From: Nitrospirota bacterium
GTDB lineage: Bacteria > Nitrospirota > UBA9217
Reading direction: 5' to 3'
Assembly (NCBI GenBank): GCA_963840455.1
Contig: CAWIYV010000011.1
Coordinates: 96,001-160,000, forward strand
DNA length: 64,000 nt
Part shown: positions 22,417 through 33,479 of the stretch, piece after piece
Layout of the letters: each line of letters starts with the position of its first letter
How positions within the stretch are numbered: the stretch's first letter is position 1
Notes under the pieces: model-generated
The model's input: only the letters and a program-made list of their open reading frames with translations
What the model was told of the DNA's origin: nothing
The model's database searches: none
Translations under genes and position numbers: made by a program

Positions 22417-23595
22417 TCATGCGTACTGCCCCGCAGCAAAGCCCGAAGCCCAGGCCCAGTGCAGGTTGTACCCGCCGAGCTCGCCGGTCACGTCCACCAC
22501 CTCGCCGATGAAATAAAGCCCGGGCACCTTCTTCGCCTCCATCGTCTTCGACGACAGCTCGTCCGTGTCCACGCCGCCTGCGGTCACCTCGGCCGTCGCA
22601 TACCCCTCGGTGCCCTTGGGCAGCACCTTCCAAGCGTGGAGCCGTAACGCGGTCTCTTTCAACTCCCGGTCCGAGGTCTGGTCGAGCGGTTTCGACGCCA
22701 CCATCTGGTCGCACCATGCCTCGGCGAACCGTTTCGGGAAGTGTCCGGACAGGAGGTTCCGCAGCTCCATCCTGCTCCTCCGTTTGGCAGTAAGGATTTC
22801 GAGAATGTCCGTGCCGGGCAGAAGATCGATCACGAGCGGTTCTCCGGGCGTCCAGTACAGCGACGCCTGGAGCGCTGCCGGGCCGCTCAGGCCCCGGTGC
22901 GTGAACAGGATGCTCCCCCGGAAACGCTTTGCCCCGCAGGAAACCGCGGCATCGAGGGAGATCCCGGCGAGCTCGTGGAACACCTTCTGGTCCCGTGCCG
23001 AGAAGACAAAGGGCACCAGCGCCGGCCGGGGCGGTACAACAGCAAGGCCGAACTGCCTTGCCACGTCAAGACCGAAGCCGCTCGCGCCGAGGTTGGGATA
23101 GGAGGGCCCGCCGCTGGCGATGACCAGCGCGTCGGACCGGAACACGCCGGCATCCGTCGTCACGGAGAACGCCTCCGCCTTCGCGATATCGGCGACCTTG
23201 ACCCCGAACCGCTCCTCGACCCCCGCCCTACGGCACTCCTGCCCGAGCATGGTCATGATCTCGCGGGAGCTTGTTACACAGAAGATCTGCCCGGCCTCTT
23301 TTTCGTAATAGGCGATGTGGTGCTTTTCGGCGAGGGCCAGGATGTCGCGGGGAGTGAAGCGCGCGAGGGCGGACTTGCAGAAGTGGGGATTGCGGGAACA
23401 ATAGCGGCCGGCGTCCGCGTTCAGGTTCGTGAAATTGCACCGTCCCCCGCCGGAGATGAGGACCTTCGATCCGGCCCGGGGTGCGTGGTCCAGCACCAGA
23501 ACTGACCGGCCGCGTCTGCCGCATTCAGCGGCGCAGAGAAGGCCGGAAGCGCCGGCCCCGATAATGATGACGTCCTTCTGTTTTATTGATGTCAC
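22417..23595 (-). CDS. HI0933/BaiN-like NAD(P)/FAD-dependent oxidoreductase
   Basis: IIGAGASG, KVLISGGGRCNFTN, LFTHRGLSGPA, TAGGV, GELGGYNLHWAWASG. Confidence 0.95.
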   Translation of the reverse strand: MTSIKQKDVIIIGAGASGLLCAAECGRRGRSVLVLDHAPRAGSKVLISGGGRCNFTNLNADAGRYCSRNPHFCKSALARFTPRDILALAEKHHIAYYEKEAGQIFCVTSSREIMTMLGQECRRAGVEERFGVKVADIAKAEAFSVTTDAGVFRSDALVIASGGPSYPNLGASGFGLDVARQFGLAVVPPRPALVPFVFSARDQKVFHELAGISLDAAVSCGAKRFRGSILFTHRGLSGPAALQASLYWTPGEPLVIDLLPGTDILEILTAKRRSRMELRNLLSGHFPKRFAEAWCDQMVASKPLDQTSDRELKETALRLHAWKVLPKGTEGYATAEVTAGGVDTDELSSKTMEAKKVPGLYFIGEVVDVTGELGGYNLHWAWASGFAAGQYA

Positions 23596-23677
23596 AACGG
23601 TCTCGGGGAATGAGGGAGCGGACCGGTGTCTTCAGGCCCTTGTTGAGTTCGATCTTCTTCCCCTGCTTCCGGGAGAA

Positions 23678-24016
23678 CTATTTCTTGGTCTGGTGGCAGC
23701 GCTTGCAGTTGGCGTTGTCGCCCATGGCGAAGGCCTTTTTCCCGTTGTGGCAGAAACCGCAGAACTTTCCCTCTTTCATTGCCGCCATGGTCATCTTGTC
23801 GGCGCCCTTTTTGGTCTGGAACAGTCCGGCCGTATGGCATGTATCGCAGTGGAATCCTCGTTTGGCATGCACCGTACCGTCGAACGTGACCGGGCCTCCG
23901 GCGCCGCCGGGCCAGGTGAGGTTTACACCTTCGGGAACGGCCGACGACACTCCGGGGAACAGGAACAGCACCAGGGAAAGGACCAAATAACAAGTGGAGA
24001 TAATGCTCTTTGACAT
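23678..24016 (-). CDS. c7-type triheme periplasmic cytochrome c
   Basis: Signal peptide; CDTCH, CGFCH, CKRCH; PVTFDGTVH. Confidence 0.9.
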   Translation of the reverse strand: MSKSIISTCYLVLSLVLFLFPGVSSAVPEGVNLTWPGGAGGPVTFDGTVHAKRGFHCDTCHTAGLFQTKKGADKMTMAAMKEGKFCGFCHNGKKAFAMGDNANCKRCHQTKK

Positions 24017-24144
24017 TGTACGCCTCCCGGTAGGACCATGATACTCACGTTCTATTATACCACAGAGTTTTCCGTTGCCAGGATAAAGATGACGCTCCCT
24101 GCTGCAATCCGCGGGAGATGCGCCAGTTCCCGGCTCCGGCCCGG

Positions 24145-25374
24145 TTACTCATACCGCAATGCGTCGATGGGGTTGAGCAGCGATGCCTTGTAGGCCGGGT
24201 AGAATCCGAAGAAGATGCCGATGAATCCGGAAAAGCCGAAGGCCAGCACGATCGACAGCGGGGACACAACCGTGGGCCAGCCGGATATTGATGAAAGGAC
24301 CATGGCCGTGGACACCCCGGTAATGATGCCGATGACGCCTCCGATCAGGGATAGCGTGAGCGCCTCGATGATGAACTGGAGCCGGATGTCCCAGGTCTTG
24401 GCGCCGATCGCCATGCGGATGCCAATCTCCCGCGTCCGCTCGGTGACCGATACAAGCATGATGTTCATGATGCCGATCCCTCCTACCAGCAGCGAGACCG
24501 ACGCGATGGCCCCCAGCAGCAGGGTCATCACCTTGGTGGACTGCTCCGCGGCCTGCATGACCTGGGTGAGGTTCCGCACGGTGAAGTCATTGTCCTGTTT
24601 CTGGCCGATATGGTGGCGCTGCTTCAGCAGTTCGTTGATCTGCCGTTCCGCAGCGGACAGGCTCTCGGCGCTCTTGGCCTTGACCACAATGATCCTGACC
24701 ATGCCCGGGAACTGGGTTCCGAAAAGCTTCTTCTGCGCCGTGGTCACCGGGATCATGATCGTATCGTCCTGGTCCTGCCCCTGGGCGTTCTGCCCTTTTT
24801 TCCCCAGGACGCCGATCACCGTGAAAGGGACGTTCTTGATCCTGATCGTCTGCCCCACGGGGTTCTGGTCCCCGAAGAGATTGTCCACCACGGTCTGCCC
24901 CAGCAGGCAGACCTTGGTCGCGCTCTTGACGTCCTGCGTGGTAAAGGACCGCCCGGCAGCCAGGTCCCATTCCCGTACGACCAGCAGGCTCGGCGTCGTC
25001 CCGATGACGCCGGTAGACCAGTTCAGATGGCCGAACATGACCTGGGCGACGCCGTTGTGGATTGGGGCCGCGTCCGCCACGGCCGGACATTCCTTGATGA
25101 TCGCCTCGGTATCGTTCATGGTGAGCGTGGGCTGCGTGCCCGCCCCCATCCGCACACCGCCGGCGGTCGTGGCCCCCGGCAGGATGATCAACAGGTTGCT
25201 CCCCATGCTCGATATCTGCTCGGCGATCTTGCGGCTCGCGCCGGTGCCCACGGCGACCATGGCGATCACCGCGCCGACGCCGATGATGATGCCGAGCATC
25301 GTGAGCGCCGAGCGCATCTTGTTTACGCGCAGGGCGCGGAATGATATCTTGAATGTGGATGGAATGTTTATCAT
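24145..25374 (-). CDS. MacB-like ABC transporter permease
   Basis: RSALTMLGIIIGV, VGGIGIMNIMLVSVTERTREIGIR, LNPIDALRYE. Confidence 0.95.
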   Translation of the reverse strand: MINIPSTFKISFRALRVNKMRSALTMLGIIIGVGAVIAMVAVGTGASRKIAEQISSMGSNLLIILPGATTAGGVRMGAGTQPTLTMNDTEAIIKECPAVADAAPIHNGVAQVMFGHLNWSTGVIGTTPSLLVVREWDLAAGRSFTTQDVKSATKVCLLGQTVVDNLFGDQNPVGQTIRIKNVPFTVIGVLGKKGQNAQGQDQDDTIMIPVTTAQKKLFGTQFPGMVRIIVVKAKSAESLSAAERQINELLKQRHHIGQKQDNDFTVRNLTQVMQAAEQSTKVMTLLLGAIASVSLLVGGIGIMNIMLVSVTERTREIGIRMAIGAKTWDIRLQFIIEALTLSLIGGVIGIITGVSTAMVLSSISGWPTVVSPLSIVLAFGFSGFIGIFFGFYPAYKASLLNPIDALRYE

Positions 25375-25386
25375 GTCAGTCGATGG

Positions 25387-26091
25387 CTACGTGATCGTCT
25401 CGTCCTTCTTCACTTCCTCGTCGCTGACGATATGTCCATCAAGGAAGCGGATGATACGCTTGCTGAAGGCCGCGATGTCAGGCTCGTGGGTCACCAGGAT
25501 CACCGTGATGTGGGAATCCCGGTTCAACCGGACGAAGAGCTCCATGATCTCGACGCTCGTCTTGGTGTCGAGGTTGCCTGTGGGCTCATCGGCCAGGATG
25601 ATCGGCGCGTCGTTCACCAGCGCCCGGGCGATGGCCACCCGCTGCTGCTGGCCGCCCGAGAGCTGGTTGGGATGGTGGTCTTCCCTCCCTTCGAGTCCTA
25701 CGCTCTTCAGGGCCGCCATGGCCCGTTCGCGCCGCTCCGTGGCCGAATGGCCGTTATAGAGCATGGGCAGCTCCACGTTCTCAAGCGCTGAGGTCCGGGA
25801 AAGCAGGTTGAAGCCCTGGAACACGAAGCCGAGCTTCTTGTTCCGGATCTCGGCGAGCTCATCGCGGGAGAGCACGCCGGTATCGACGCCATCGAGCAGG
25901 TAGTGGCCGTCCGTCGGCGTGTCCAGGCAGCCGAGGACGTTCATGAACGTCGACTTGCCCGAGCCCGACTGCCCCATGATGGCGACGAACTCGCCCTTGT
26001 CGATGGTCGTGGAGATGCCATCGAGCGCACGCAGGTCGATGTCGCCAAGCCGGTACACCTTGCTGATCTTTCGTGCTTCGATAAGGGCCAT
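25387..26091 (-). CDS. ABC ATP-binding protein (MacB/LolD-like)
   Basis: GQSGSGKST, LSGGQQQRVAIAR, ILADEPTGNLD. Confidence 0.95.
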   Translation of the reverse strand: MALIEARKISKVYRLGDIDLRALDGISTTIDKGEFVAIMGQSGSGKSTFMNVLGCLDTPTDGHYLLDGVDTGVLSRDELAEIRNKKLGFVFQGFNLLSRTSALENVELPMLYNGHSATERRERAMAALKSVGLEGREDHHPNQLSGGQQQRVAIARALVNDAPIILADEPTGNLDTKTSVEIMELFVRLNRDSHITVILVTHEPDIAAFSKRIIRFLDGHIVSDEEVKKDETIT

Positions 26092-26133
26092 AATTGCTTT
26101 CCAGCCTGCAAGCTTGCATGCTTGCCAGCCTGT

Positions 26134-27345
26134 TTAGAACATCCGCGGACCGGTCGGGCCGGTCTGCGTCTTGCCCTTTTTCAGTGATTCCACGATGACC
26201 TGCTGGCCTTCCTGCAGGTCGCCCGACACGATCTCCGTATAGTTTCCGTCGCTGACGCCGGGCGTGATGCTGACGCGCTTCGGCGTCCCCTGCATTAGGA
26301 CCCAGACGGAAGGCCCCTTCTTCTCGCCTCCGCCCGCGGTCTTCGATCCTGCCCCGGCGACGGCTCCCGCACCGCCGCCCGCGGGACGGTCGGTCATCCG
26401 GAACCGCAGTGAGGCGTTCGTGATCCTGAGCACGTCGTGCCGTGTCTCGATGATGATCGAGACATTGGCGGTCATCCCGGGCATCAGCCGGAAATCGCTG
26501 TTGTTGACCTGGATCACCACGTCATAGGTCACGACATTCTGCACCGTGATGGGGGCCTGCCGCTTCTGCCAGACCTTGCCCTTGAATGTCGTATCGGGAT
26601 AGGCGTCCACGGTAAAATCCACTTCCTGGCCGACCTTCACCGCGCCGATGTCCGATTCCGCCACGTTCGTGTCGATCTGCATTTTGGTGAGGTCCTGCGC
26701 GATCGTGAAGAGCGTGGGGGTCTGGAAGCTGGCGGCAACGGTCTGCCCCACGTCAACGTTGCGGGAGATGACGATGCCGTCCACCGGCGAGTAGATCTTC
26801 GTGTAGCTCAGGTTCGTCGCCGCGGTCTGGAGAGCGGCCTTCGCCTGGGCCAGCTGTGCCTTGGCGCTGTCATAACCCGTCACCGCGGCATCATAATCGT
26901 TCTTCGCAACGAGGTTCCGCGCAAAGAGGGTCTTGTTCTGGTTCAGGATGCGCTCGGCGTCACGCATCGCCGCGTCGGCGCGGTCCGTATTGGCCTGTGC
27001 TTGAGCGAGTTGGGTCTCGTAGAACGTGGGGTCGATCTGGGCGATGATCTGCCCTTTCTTTACGAGCGAATTGAAGTCCGCATACAGCTCCTTGATCGTT
27101 CCCGATACCTGCGTCCCGACCTGCACGGTGGTGACGGGGTTCACCGTGCCGGTTGCCGTCACGGACTGCTGGACATCACCCCGCGTGACCGGATCGGTCC
27201 GGTATGCAACCTCGTTGCCTCCGCCCCGCAAGACAAAGAAGAGCGCGGTGCCAAGGACGACAAGTGCAACAGTGATGATCGCGAACAGCCGGAACCGGCT
27301 GCTTCCGAGGATCGTGCTGAAATGTGACGGCTTTTCCTTATTCAT
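26134..27345 (-). CDS. MacA-like periplasmic adaptor
   Basis: VQVGTQVSG, SPVDGIV, GQTVAASFQTPTLF, PGMTANV. Confidence 0.93.
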   Translation of the reverse strand: MNKEKPSHFSTILGSSRFRLFAIITVALVVLGTALFFVLRGGGNEVAYRTDPVTRGDVQQSVTATGTVNPVTTVQVGTQVSGTIKELYADFNSLVKKGQIIAQIDPTFYETQLAQAQANTDRADAAMRDAERILNQNKTLFARNLVAKNDYDAAVTGYDSAKAQLAQAKAALQTAATNLSYTKIYSPVDGIVISRNVDVGQTVAASFQTPTLFTIAQDLTKMQIDTNVAESDIGAVKVGQEVDFTVDAYPDTTFKGKVWQKRQAPITVQNVVTYDVVIQVNNSDFRLMPGMTANVSIIIETRHDVLRITNASLRFRMTDRPAGGGAGAVAGAGSKTAGGGEKKGPSVWVLMQGTPKRVSITPGVSDGNYTEIVSGDLQEGQQVIVESLKKGKTQTGPTGPRMF

Positions 27346-30300
27346 GGGAGACCGCCTTTTTCCGAGTCTGGAATATGTGCATTTTGCCCAGCCGTCGCTG
27401 AAGGCTGTCCATATACAGGTACACGACCGGGGTCACGTAGAGCGTCAGCGTCTGCGAGAAGAGCAGCCCGCCGACCACGGCAAGACCGAGGGGCCGCCGC
27501 GACTCGGCGCCGGCGCCGAAACCCAGCGCGATGGGCAGCGTGCCGAGCAGCGCCGCCATCGTGGTCATCATGATGGGGCGGAAGCGGACAATGCATGCCT
27601 TGTAAATCGCATCATGAGGCGACGCGGCCTCCCGGCGCTGGGCGTCCAGGGCAAAGTCGATCATCATGATGCCGTTCTTCTTGACGAGGCCCACGAGCAG
27701 GATGATGCCCACGAAGGCGTAAACGTTCAGGTCAGATCCGAAGAGCAGCAGCGTCACGAGGGCGCCGAATCCCGCGAAGGGCAGCGCCGACAGGATAGTC
27801 AACGGATGGATGAAGCTCTCATACAGGATGCCGAGCACAATGTAGATCACCAGCATCGCGGCGATCAGCAGCAGGCCCAAGCCCTGCATGGACGACTGGA
27901 AGGCCTGGGCCGTTCCCTGGAAGCTCGTGGTGATCGACGCGGGAAGCACCTGACGGGCCATCTTTCTCACGGCATCGACCGCAGTGCCCAGGGACACATC
28001 GGGCCGGGTGTTGAACGAAAGCGTGACCGCGGGAAGCTGGCCCAGGTGGTTCACCGACAGCGGGCCCACGTTCTGGCTGAGCTTCGACACGCTGCTGAGC
28101 GGCACGAGCTGGCCGCTCGACGAGCGGATATACAGCAGCGAGAGCGCTGCCGGGTCCTGCTGGAACTCCGGGAGGACCTGCATGATGACCTGGTACTGGT
28201 TGTTCGGGGCGTAGATGGTCGACACCTGCTGGGCACTGTACGCCATCGAGAGCCCGCTCTCCACCTGGGCGGCGGTGATGCCGAGCGCTGATGCCTTGTC
28301 GCGGTCGATCTCTACGTTTACCTGGGGGTTCTTGATCTGCAGGTCGCTCGTCACGTCCTGGAGCATGGGCAGCTCGCGCAGTTTCGCCTCGAGCTTGGGA
28401 GTATAATTGTAGAGCTCCGCGGTATCGGGGCTCTGAAGCGTCAGCTGGTACAGGCTCTTGGTCAGCGTGCCGCCGATGCGGATGGGCGGCGGGTTCTGGG
28501 GGAATGCCTGGATCCCGGGCACCTGCGCCAGCAGGGGCCGGAACTTCTGGATCACCTGGTCCACATGCAGCTTGCGCTCGGACCGCGGTTTGAGCTTGAT
28601 GAAGATCCGCCCCTGGTTCCCCGACACGCTCGAGCCGCCTGCGCCCATGGCGGACATGAAGCCTTCCACGTTCGGATCTTTCAGGACGATAGCTGCGAGG
28701 GCCTGCTGGTGCTGCTTCATGGAATCGAAGGAGATGCCCTGGGCCGCCTCGGTCGTGATGAACAGCGCCCCCGTGTCCTCGCTGGGGAGGAAGCCCGTGG
28801 GCATGATCTTGAACAGGAACACCGTTGCGACAAGGAGCACACCCGAAACGATCATGGTTGCACGCCGGTGCAGGAGCGCGAATGTCAGGGTCCGCTCATA
28901 GAACTCCAGCATGGCGGTGAAGAACCGTTCCGATGCCTGGTAGAGCTTCCCGTGCTGCTCATTGCCCGCGTGGGGCCGGACGAACCGGCTCGCCAGCATG
29001 GGCGTGAGCGTGAGCGACACAAATCCGGATATTAGGATGGACATGCCGATGGTGACCGCGAACTCATGCAGGAGGCGTCCGATGATGCCGCCCATGAAGA
29101 AGACCGGCAGGAACACGGCGACGAGCGATATGGTCATCGACAGGATGGTGAAGCCGATCTCCTTCGAGCCCTTGAGCGCGGCCTCCATGACGTTCTCCCC
29201 CATCTCCACATGGCGGATGATGTTCTCGAGCATCACGATGGCGTCGTCCACGACGAATCCCACCGACAGGGTGAGCGCCATGAGCGACATGTTGTCCATG
29301 CTGAAGTCCATGACGTACATGACCGCAAAGGTGCCGATGATCGCCATGGGAAGGGCAAGGCTCGGGATGACCGTGGCCGAAAGGTTCCGGAGGAACAGGA
29401 AGATGACCATCACCACGAGACAGACGGTCAGGACCAGCGTGAACTGCACGTCAGATACGGAATCGCGGATAGACTCGGACCGGTCGAACATGACGTTCAG
29501 GTTCATCGACGCGGGCATCTGCTCCTTGAACGTGGGGATGAGCCGCTTGATGGAGTCCACCACCTCGACCGTGTTCGTGCCGGGCTGGCGCTGGATAGCC
29601 AGAATGATGGCGCGCGTGTCACGGTACCAGCTCGCCACCTTGTCGTTCTCGACGCTGTCGATGACGTCGCCGAGCTCTTGGAGCCGTACCGGCGATCCTC
29701 CCCGGTAGGCAACGATGACAGGACGGTACGCCTTCGCGTCGTTTAGCTGTCCCGTGGTCTGCACCGTGAACGCCTGGTTCGCGCCATAAAGCGTCCCCGT
29801 CGGAAGGTTCGTGTTCGCATTGGCGACCGCATTGGCCACTTCGTCGATGCCGATCCCCTTGCCTGCAAGAGCGCGCGGGTTCAGTCGTACCCGCACCGCG
29901 TATTTCTGGGAGCCGAAGACCTGGACCTGCGCGACGCCGCTGATCATCGAAACGCGCTGGGCGATCAGGGTCTGGGCATAATCATCCACGGTCGACAGTG
30001 GCAACGTCGGAGAGCTGAGTGCCAGATAGAGCACCGGCTGGTCGGCCGGGTTCACCTTGCGGTATGACGGCGGGCTCGGCATGTTCTGGGGAAGCTGTTT
30101 CAGTGCGCCGGCGATCGCCGAGTTGACGTCCTGGGCGGCAGCGTCAATGTTGCGGCTCAGGTTGAACTGGATGTTGATCTGCGTGAGCCCCTGGGCGTTG
30201 ACCGACGTCATGGAGTCGATGCCCGCGATGGTCGAGAACTGCTTCTCCAGCGGTGTCGCCACGGCCGAGGCCATGGTCTCGGGGCTCGCCCCCGGCACGT

Positions 30301-30448
30301 TCGCGGTGACCACGATGTTCGGAAAATCGACGTTCGGAAGGTCGGAGACCGGCAGCAGACGGTACCCGGCGATACCCACAAACAGGATGGAGAACATGAC
30401 CAGGGTGGTCATGACGGGACGGCGTATGAAGATCTCGGATATGTTCAT
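27338..30448 (-). CDS. RND efflux permease (MdtB/MdtC-like)
   Basis: FIRRPVMTTL, GFVVDDAIVMLENI, GLVKKNGIMMIDFA, RFRPIMMTT; start MNISE. Confidence 0.95.
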   Translation of the reverse strand: MNISEIFIRRPVMTTLVMFSILFVGIAGYRLLPVSDLPNVDFPNIVVTANVPGASPETMASAVATPLEKQFSTIAGIDSMTSVNAQGLTQINIQFNLSRNIDAAAQDVNSAIAGALKQLPQNMPSPPSYRKVNPADQPVLYLALSSPTLPLSTVDDYAQTLIAQRVSMISGVAQVQVFGSQKYAVRVRLNPRALAGKGIGIDEVANAVANANTNLPTGTLYGANQAFTVQTTGQLNDAKAYRPVIVAYRGGSPVRLQELGDVIDSVENDKVASWYRDTRAIILAIQRQPGTNTVEVVDSIKRLIPTFKEQMPASMNLNVMFDRSESIRDSVSDVQFTLVLTVCLVVMVIFLFLRNLSATVIPSLALPMAIIGTFAVMYVMDFSMDNMSLMALTLSVGFVVDDAIVMLENIIRHVEMGENVMEAALKGSKEIGFTILSMTISLVAVFLPVFFMGGIIGRLLHEFAVTIGMSILISGFVSLTLTPMLASRFVRPHAGNEQHGKLYQASERFFTAMLEFYERTLTFALLHRRATMIVSGVLLVATVFLFKIMPTGFLPSEDTGALFITTEAAQGISFDSMKQHQQALAAIVLKDPNVEGFMSAMGAGGSSVSGNQGRIFIKLKPRSERKLHVDQVIQKFRPLLAQVPGIQAFPQNPPPIRIGGTLTKSLYQLTLQSPDTAELYNYTPKLEAKLRELPMLQDVTSDLQIKNPQVNVEIDRDKASALGITAAQVESGLSMAYSAQQVSTIYAPNNQYQVIMQVLPEFQQDPAALSLLYIRSSSGQLVPLSSVSKLSQNVGPLSVNHLGQLPAVTLSFNTRPDVSLGTAVDAVRKMARQVLPASITTSFQGTAQAFQSSMQGLGLLLIAAMLVIYIVLGILYESFIHPLTILSALPFAGFGALVTLLLFGSDLNVYAFVGIILLVGLVKKNGIMMIDFALDAQRREAASPHDAIYKACIVRFRPIMMTTMAALLGTLPIALGFGAGAESRRPLGLAVVGGLLFSQTLTLYVTPVVYLYMDSLQRRLGKMHIFQTRKKAVSHE

Positions 30449-30783
30449 CGAACCCTTTATTACCGCAGAGACCAACAGAATCTTTGACACAGATAACTGC
30501 GGATTGGTTTATGATATAAGCGGATAAAGAACGTATCGTAACGGATCAGCGTTTTATTCCGCGACATTCCCCTTCAAGGACATTACGTGTTCTTTTCCCG
30601 CAAAGATCGCGGAGAAATCAACATTGTTGACACAGAGAAGGCCGGACATGTTATTGATGTTCATAGACAAGACCTCTTCGATCAGCTCTTACCCAGTTTC
30701 TTTCAGTGTAAATCAGCGTCAAAGAATTCCCTTCAAGGTGCTTCGCTGTCCCCTGCGCTCTCCGCGTGCTCTGCGGTGAAAAA

Positions 30784-31956
30784 CTATTTCTTTTCCCCGG
30801 TCCTGGTCTGCGCCGTGCTCTGTGTACTCTGTGCCTCTGTGGCCGACTCCTGTTTCTTCTGTTCGTTCTTGATCTCAACCTTGGCGCCCGGCACGAGGCG
30901 AAGCTGGCCGTCGGTCACGACCTTCTCTCCCGCCGCGATCCCTTTATCGATGACCGTCCAGTTGCCGTACAACCTCCCCGGCGTCACAACGCGGAGCTCC
31001 ACGGTCATGTCATCCTTGATCACGTAGACATACTGTCCCTGTTGGCCGGTCTGGATCGCCTCGGTCGGGACGATGACGCGGTTCGGCTCCGTGGTCAGCG
31101 TCAGGACAACGTCCACGAACTGCCCGGGCCAGAGCGCCCGGTCCTGGTTCGCGAAGGTGGCCTTCAGCATGATCGTCCCTGTCGTGGTGTTCACCTTGTT
31201 GTCGATGAACGTAAGCGCGCCCTTGATGGGCTTATTGCCGCTCTGCGGGATGCTCACGTCCACGTGGAGATCCCCCGACGCCTGATATTTCTTGATGTTC
31301 GCCAGGTCCTGCTCGGGAACCGAGAAGGTGACATAGATGGGCGTGATCTGGTTGATGGTCACGAGCGGCACGTCATTAGCCTTCACCACGTTCCCCTTCT
31401 GGACCGCAATGGCGCCGGTCCGGCCGTCAATGGGCGACATGATGGCGGTGTACTCCAGCTGGAGCCGGGAGTTCTCCACAGCGGCCTCGTCGGCTGCCAC
31501 CACGGCGTCGAGTGCATTGGAGTTGGTCCGCGCCTTGTCATACTCCTGGATAGATACATAGCCCTTTGATGACAGGGTGGCGTAACGCTTCGCATCCTCC
31601 TGGGCGTTCACGGCCTGGGCGCGGTCGCGGACCAGGGCCGACTGCGCCTGCTGGAGCGCCGCTTCGAAGGGCCGCGGATCGATGCGAAAGAGCAATTTGC
31701 CCTGCCGCACATCCTGCCCTTCACGGAAGAACACCTCGGAGATCTCACCGTTCACCTGGGCCTTGACCGAAACCGTGTTGTAAGCCTCCACGTTCCCTAT
31801 GGCCTTGATCTGGAGCGGGACGTTCTTCTGGTCCGCAGTCGCCGCAACAACCGGCACGATCCGGGGCGGCGGCTGCTTGGCCTTGGAGCAGGAGCTCGCG
31901 AGCGGCGCGGCCAGAAGAAGTGAAATTGCTGTGAAACGAACAATGGATGTGTGCAT
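30784..31956 (-). CDS. MdtA-like RND periplasmic adaptor
   Basis: IDPRPFEAAL, SPIDGRTG, LWPGQFV, VVTDGQLRL. Confidence 0.93.
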   Translation of the reverse strand: MHTSIVRFTAISLLLAAPLASSCSKAKQPPPRIVPVVAATADQKNVPLQIKAIGNVEAYNTVSVKAQVNGEISEVFFREGQDVRQGKLLFRIDPRPFEAALQQAQSALVRDRAQAVNAQEDAKRYATLSSKGYVSIQEYDKARTNSNALDAVVAADEAAVENSRLQLEYTAIMSPIDGRTGAIAVQKGNVVKANDVPLVTINQITPIYVTFSVPEQDLANIKKYQASGDLHVDVSIPQSGNKPIKGALTFIDNKVNTTTGTIMLKATFANQDRALWPGQFVDVVLTLTTEPNRVIVPTEAIQTGQQGQYVYVIKDDMTVELRVVTPGRLYGNWTVIDKGIAAGEKVVTDGQLRLVPGAKVEIKNEQKKQESATEAQSTQSTAQTRTGEKK

Positions 31957-32104
31957 GATGGTCTTTCCGGTTCCTTGAATAGTATAGGTGATCATGGTGT
32001 TTTCTTATCGTCGAATCTTGAATGCCGAATGATGTGTGCTTCTTTCTGCAGTTCTCTTGAATTACGCCGTTCAATCCGCAATCCGAAATCCCCCTCAATT
32101 GTCA

Positions 32105-33478
32105 TCATTCCCCCATTGCCTTTAACAGCGCCGCTTCGGCGATCTTATAGTTCGCCAGGGCGGCAATGTAGTTCGTCTTGGCGTTGGACAGACCCACCAG
32201 GGCGCTCGTCACGTCGAGGGGGCTTCCCACGCCGGCATTGTACCGTCCGTTCACGATGTCGTAGTTCTCCTGCGCCTGCTGGACCGTCAGTTCGGCCACT
32301 GCAACGCCGTCTTCGAGCGCCCGCAGGTTCAAGTAGGACTGCTGCACGTCGAGCAGGATGCTTTGGCGAAGCGTTTCTTCGTTCGACTTCTGGATGTTCA
32401 GGTTCTCCTTCGCTTCCTTCACCTGGTAGTTCGTAAGGAATCCATTGAACAGCGGAATGTCGACGGTCACACCGGCGCTCCACCCGCTCTTTTCGGGAAC
32501 GAACTGATTGTCTGTGCGACCGTAGTTCGCGTTACCCGACAGTGTGGGATAGTAGCCGGTCCGGGCCAGGGATACCGCCTCGTTGGACGCTTCCTTCTTT
32601 GACTGAACGGACTGGAGGTCCGGACGGTTCGCGTAGGCCCGCTGGATCGCGTCTTCGAAGGTAACAGAATGTTTCTGGAAGGCCAACATGTCCTCAATGG
32701 CAAAATCCGGCAGGTCAGGCGCGCCAATGGCGTTCTTGAGCGTGACCTGGGAGACCGAGACCGCGTTATCCGCGCGGATCTTGGCGAGCTTGGCGTTGCT
32801 CAGGTTCACCTCGGCCGACGTCACATCATATTTCGACTTGACGCCCGCATCAAAGAACCCCTTCGCCTGATCGAGCTGGTCCTGCGTCAGTTTCACCGTC
32901 TCGTTCGCCACGTCCCGGTTCTTCAACGCCTGGAGCAGGCCGTAATATGCCTGTTTCACGCCAAAGACCACCTGGCTCACCGTGTTCCGCCGGTCGGAAC
33001 GGCTGGCATCCTCGTTCAGACGCTGGATACGCACCGTGCTGGGGGTCTTGCCAAAGTCGTAGATGTTCTGGGTGAGCGCAGCGTTGCCCTGGTACAGGTT
33101 CTGGGAGCCGTTGGTCGGGTCCGTATAAAGAGAATATTTGTTATAGGCTCCTGACAGACCAACCTGGGGATAGTAGGCTGATCGGGCCTGCCCCACCCGC
33201 GCGGTGGCCGCGTTCACGGAATATTCCGCCGCGGAGATTGTCGGGTTCCGCTGAAGAGCGATATCGATGCACTGCTGCAGCGTCAAAAGGTCGCCGGGCT
33301 TCATATCGCCGGCCGTCGGAGTGACCGTTCGCGGGGACACGACGGCCGATGTCGTGGCCGGTGATGTTGCCAGCGCATCTGCCGCGCGGGATGCCGAGGC
33401 TCCGGACCAGCACAGGAGGGAGCACACCGCGAGCGTCCCGACAGCGTACCGTTTCCCATTTGACCGATGGTTTGTCAT
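32105..33478 (-). CDS. TolC-family outer membrane efflux protein
   Basis: Signal peptide, LTLQQCIDIALQRNP, two OEP repeats, RYNAGVGSPLDV. Confidence 0.93.
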   Translation of the reverse strand: MTNHRSNGKRYAVGTLAVCSLLCWSGASASRAADALATSPATTSAVVSPRTVTPTAGDMKPGDLLTLQQCIDIALQRNPTISAAEYSVNAATARVGQARSAYYPQVGLSGAYNKYSLYTDPTNGSQNLYQGNAALTQNIYDFGKTPSTVRIQRLNEDASRSDRRNTVSQVVFGVKQAYYGLLQALKNRDVANETVKLTQDQLDQAKGFFDAGVKSKYDVTSAEVNLSNAKLAKIRADNAVSVSQVTLKNAIGAPDLPDFAIEDMLAFQKHSVTFEDAIQRAYANRPDLQSVQSKKEASNEAVSLARTGYYPTLSGNANYGRTDNQFVPEKSGWSAGVTVDIPLFNGFLTNYQVKEAKENLNIQKSNEETLRQSILLDVQQSYLNLRALEDGVAVAELTVQQAQENYDIVNGRYNAGVGSPLDVTSALVGLSNAKTNYIAALANYKIAEAALLKAMGE

Positions 33479-33479
33479 G

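Noticed and set aside
30500-30780. Possible GxxExxY gene remnant or small ORF between the adaptor and RND genes
   Set aside because: Only a few suggestive residues (MNINNMSG) and no diagnostic motif; counted only as part of the short-repeat pattern
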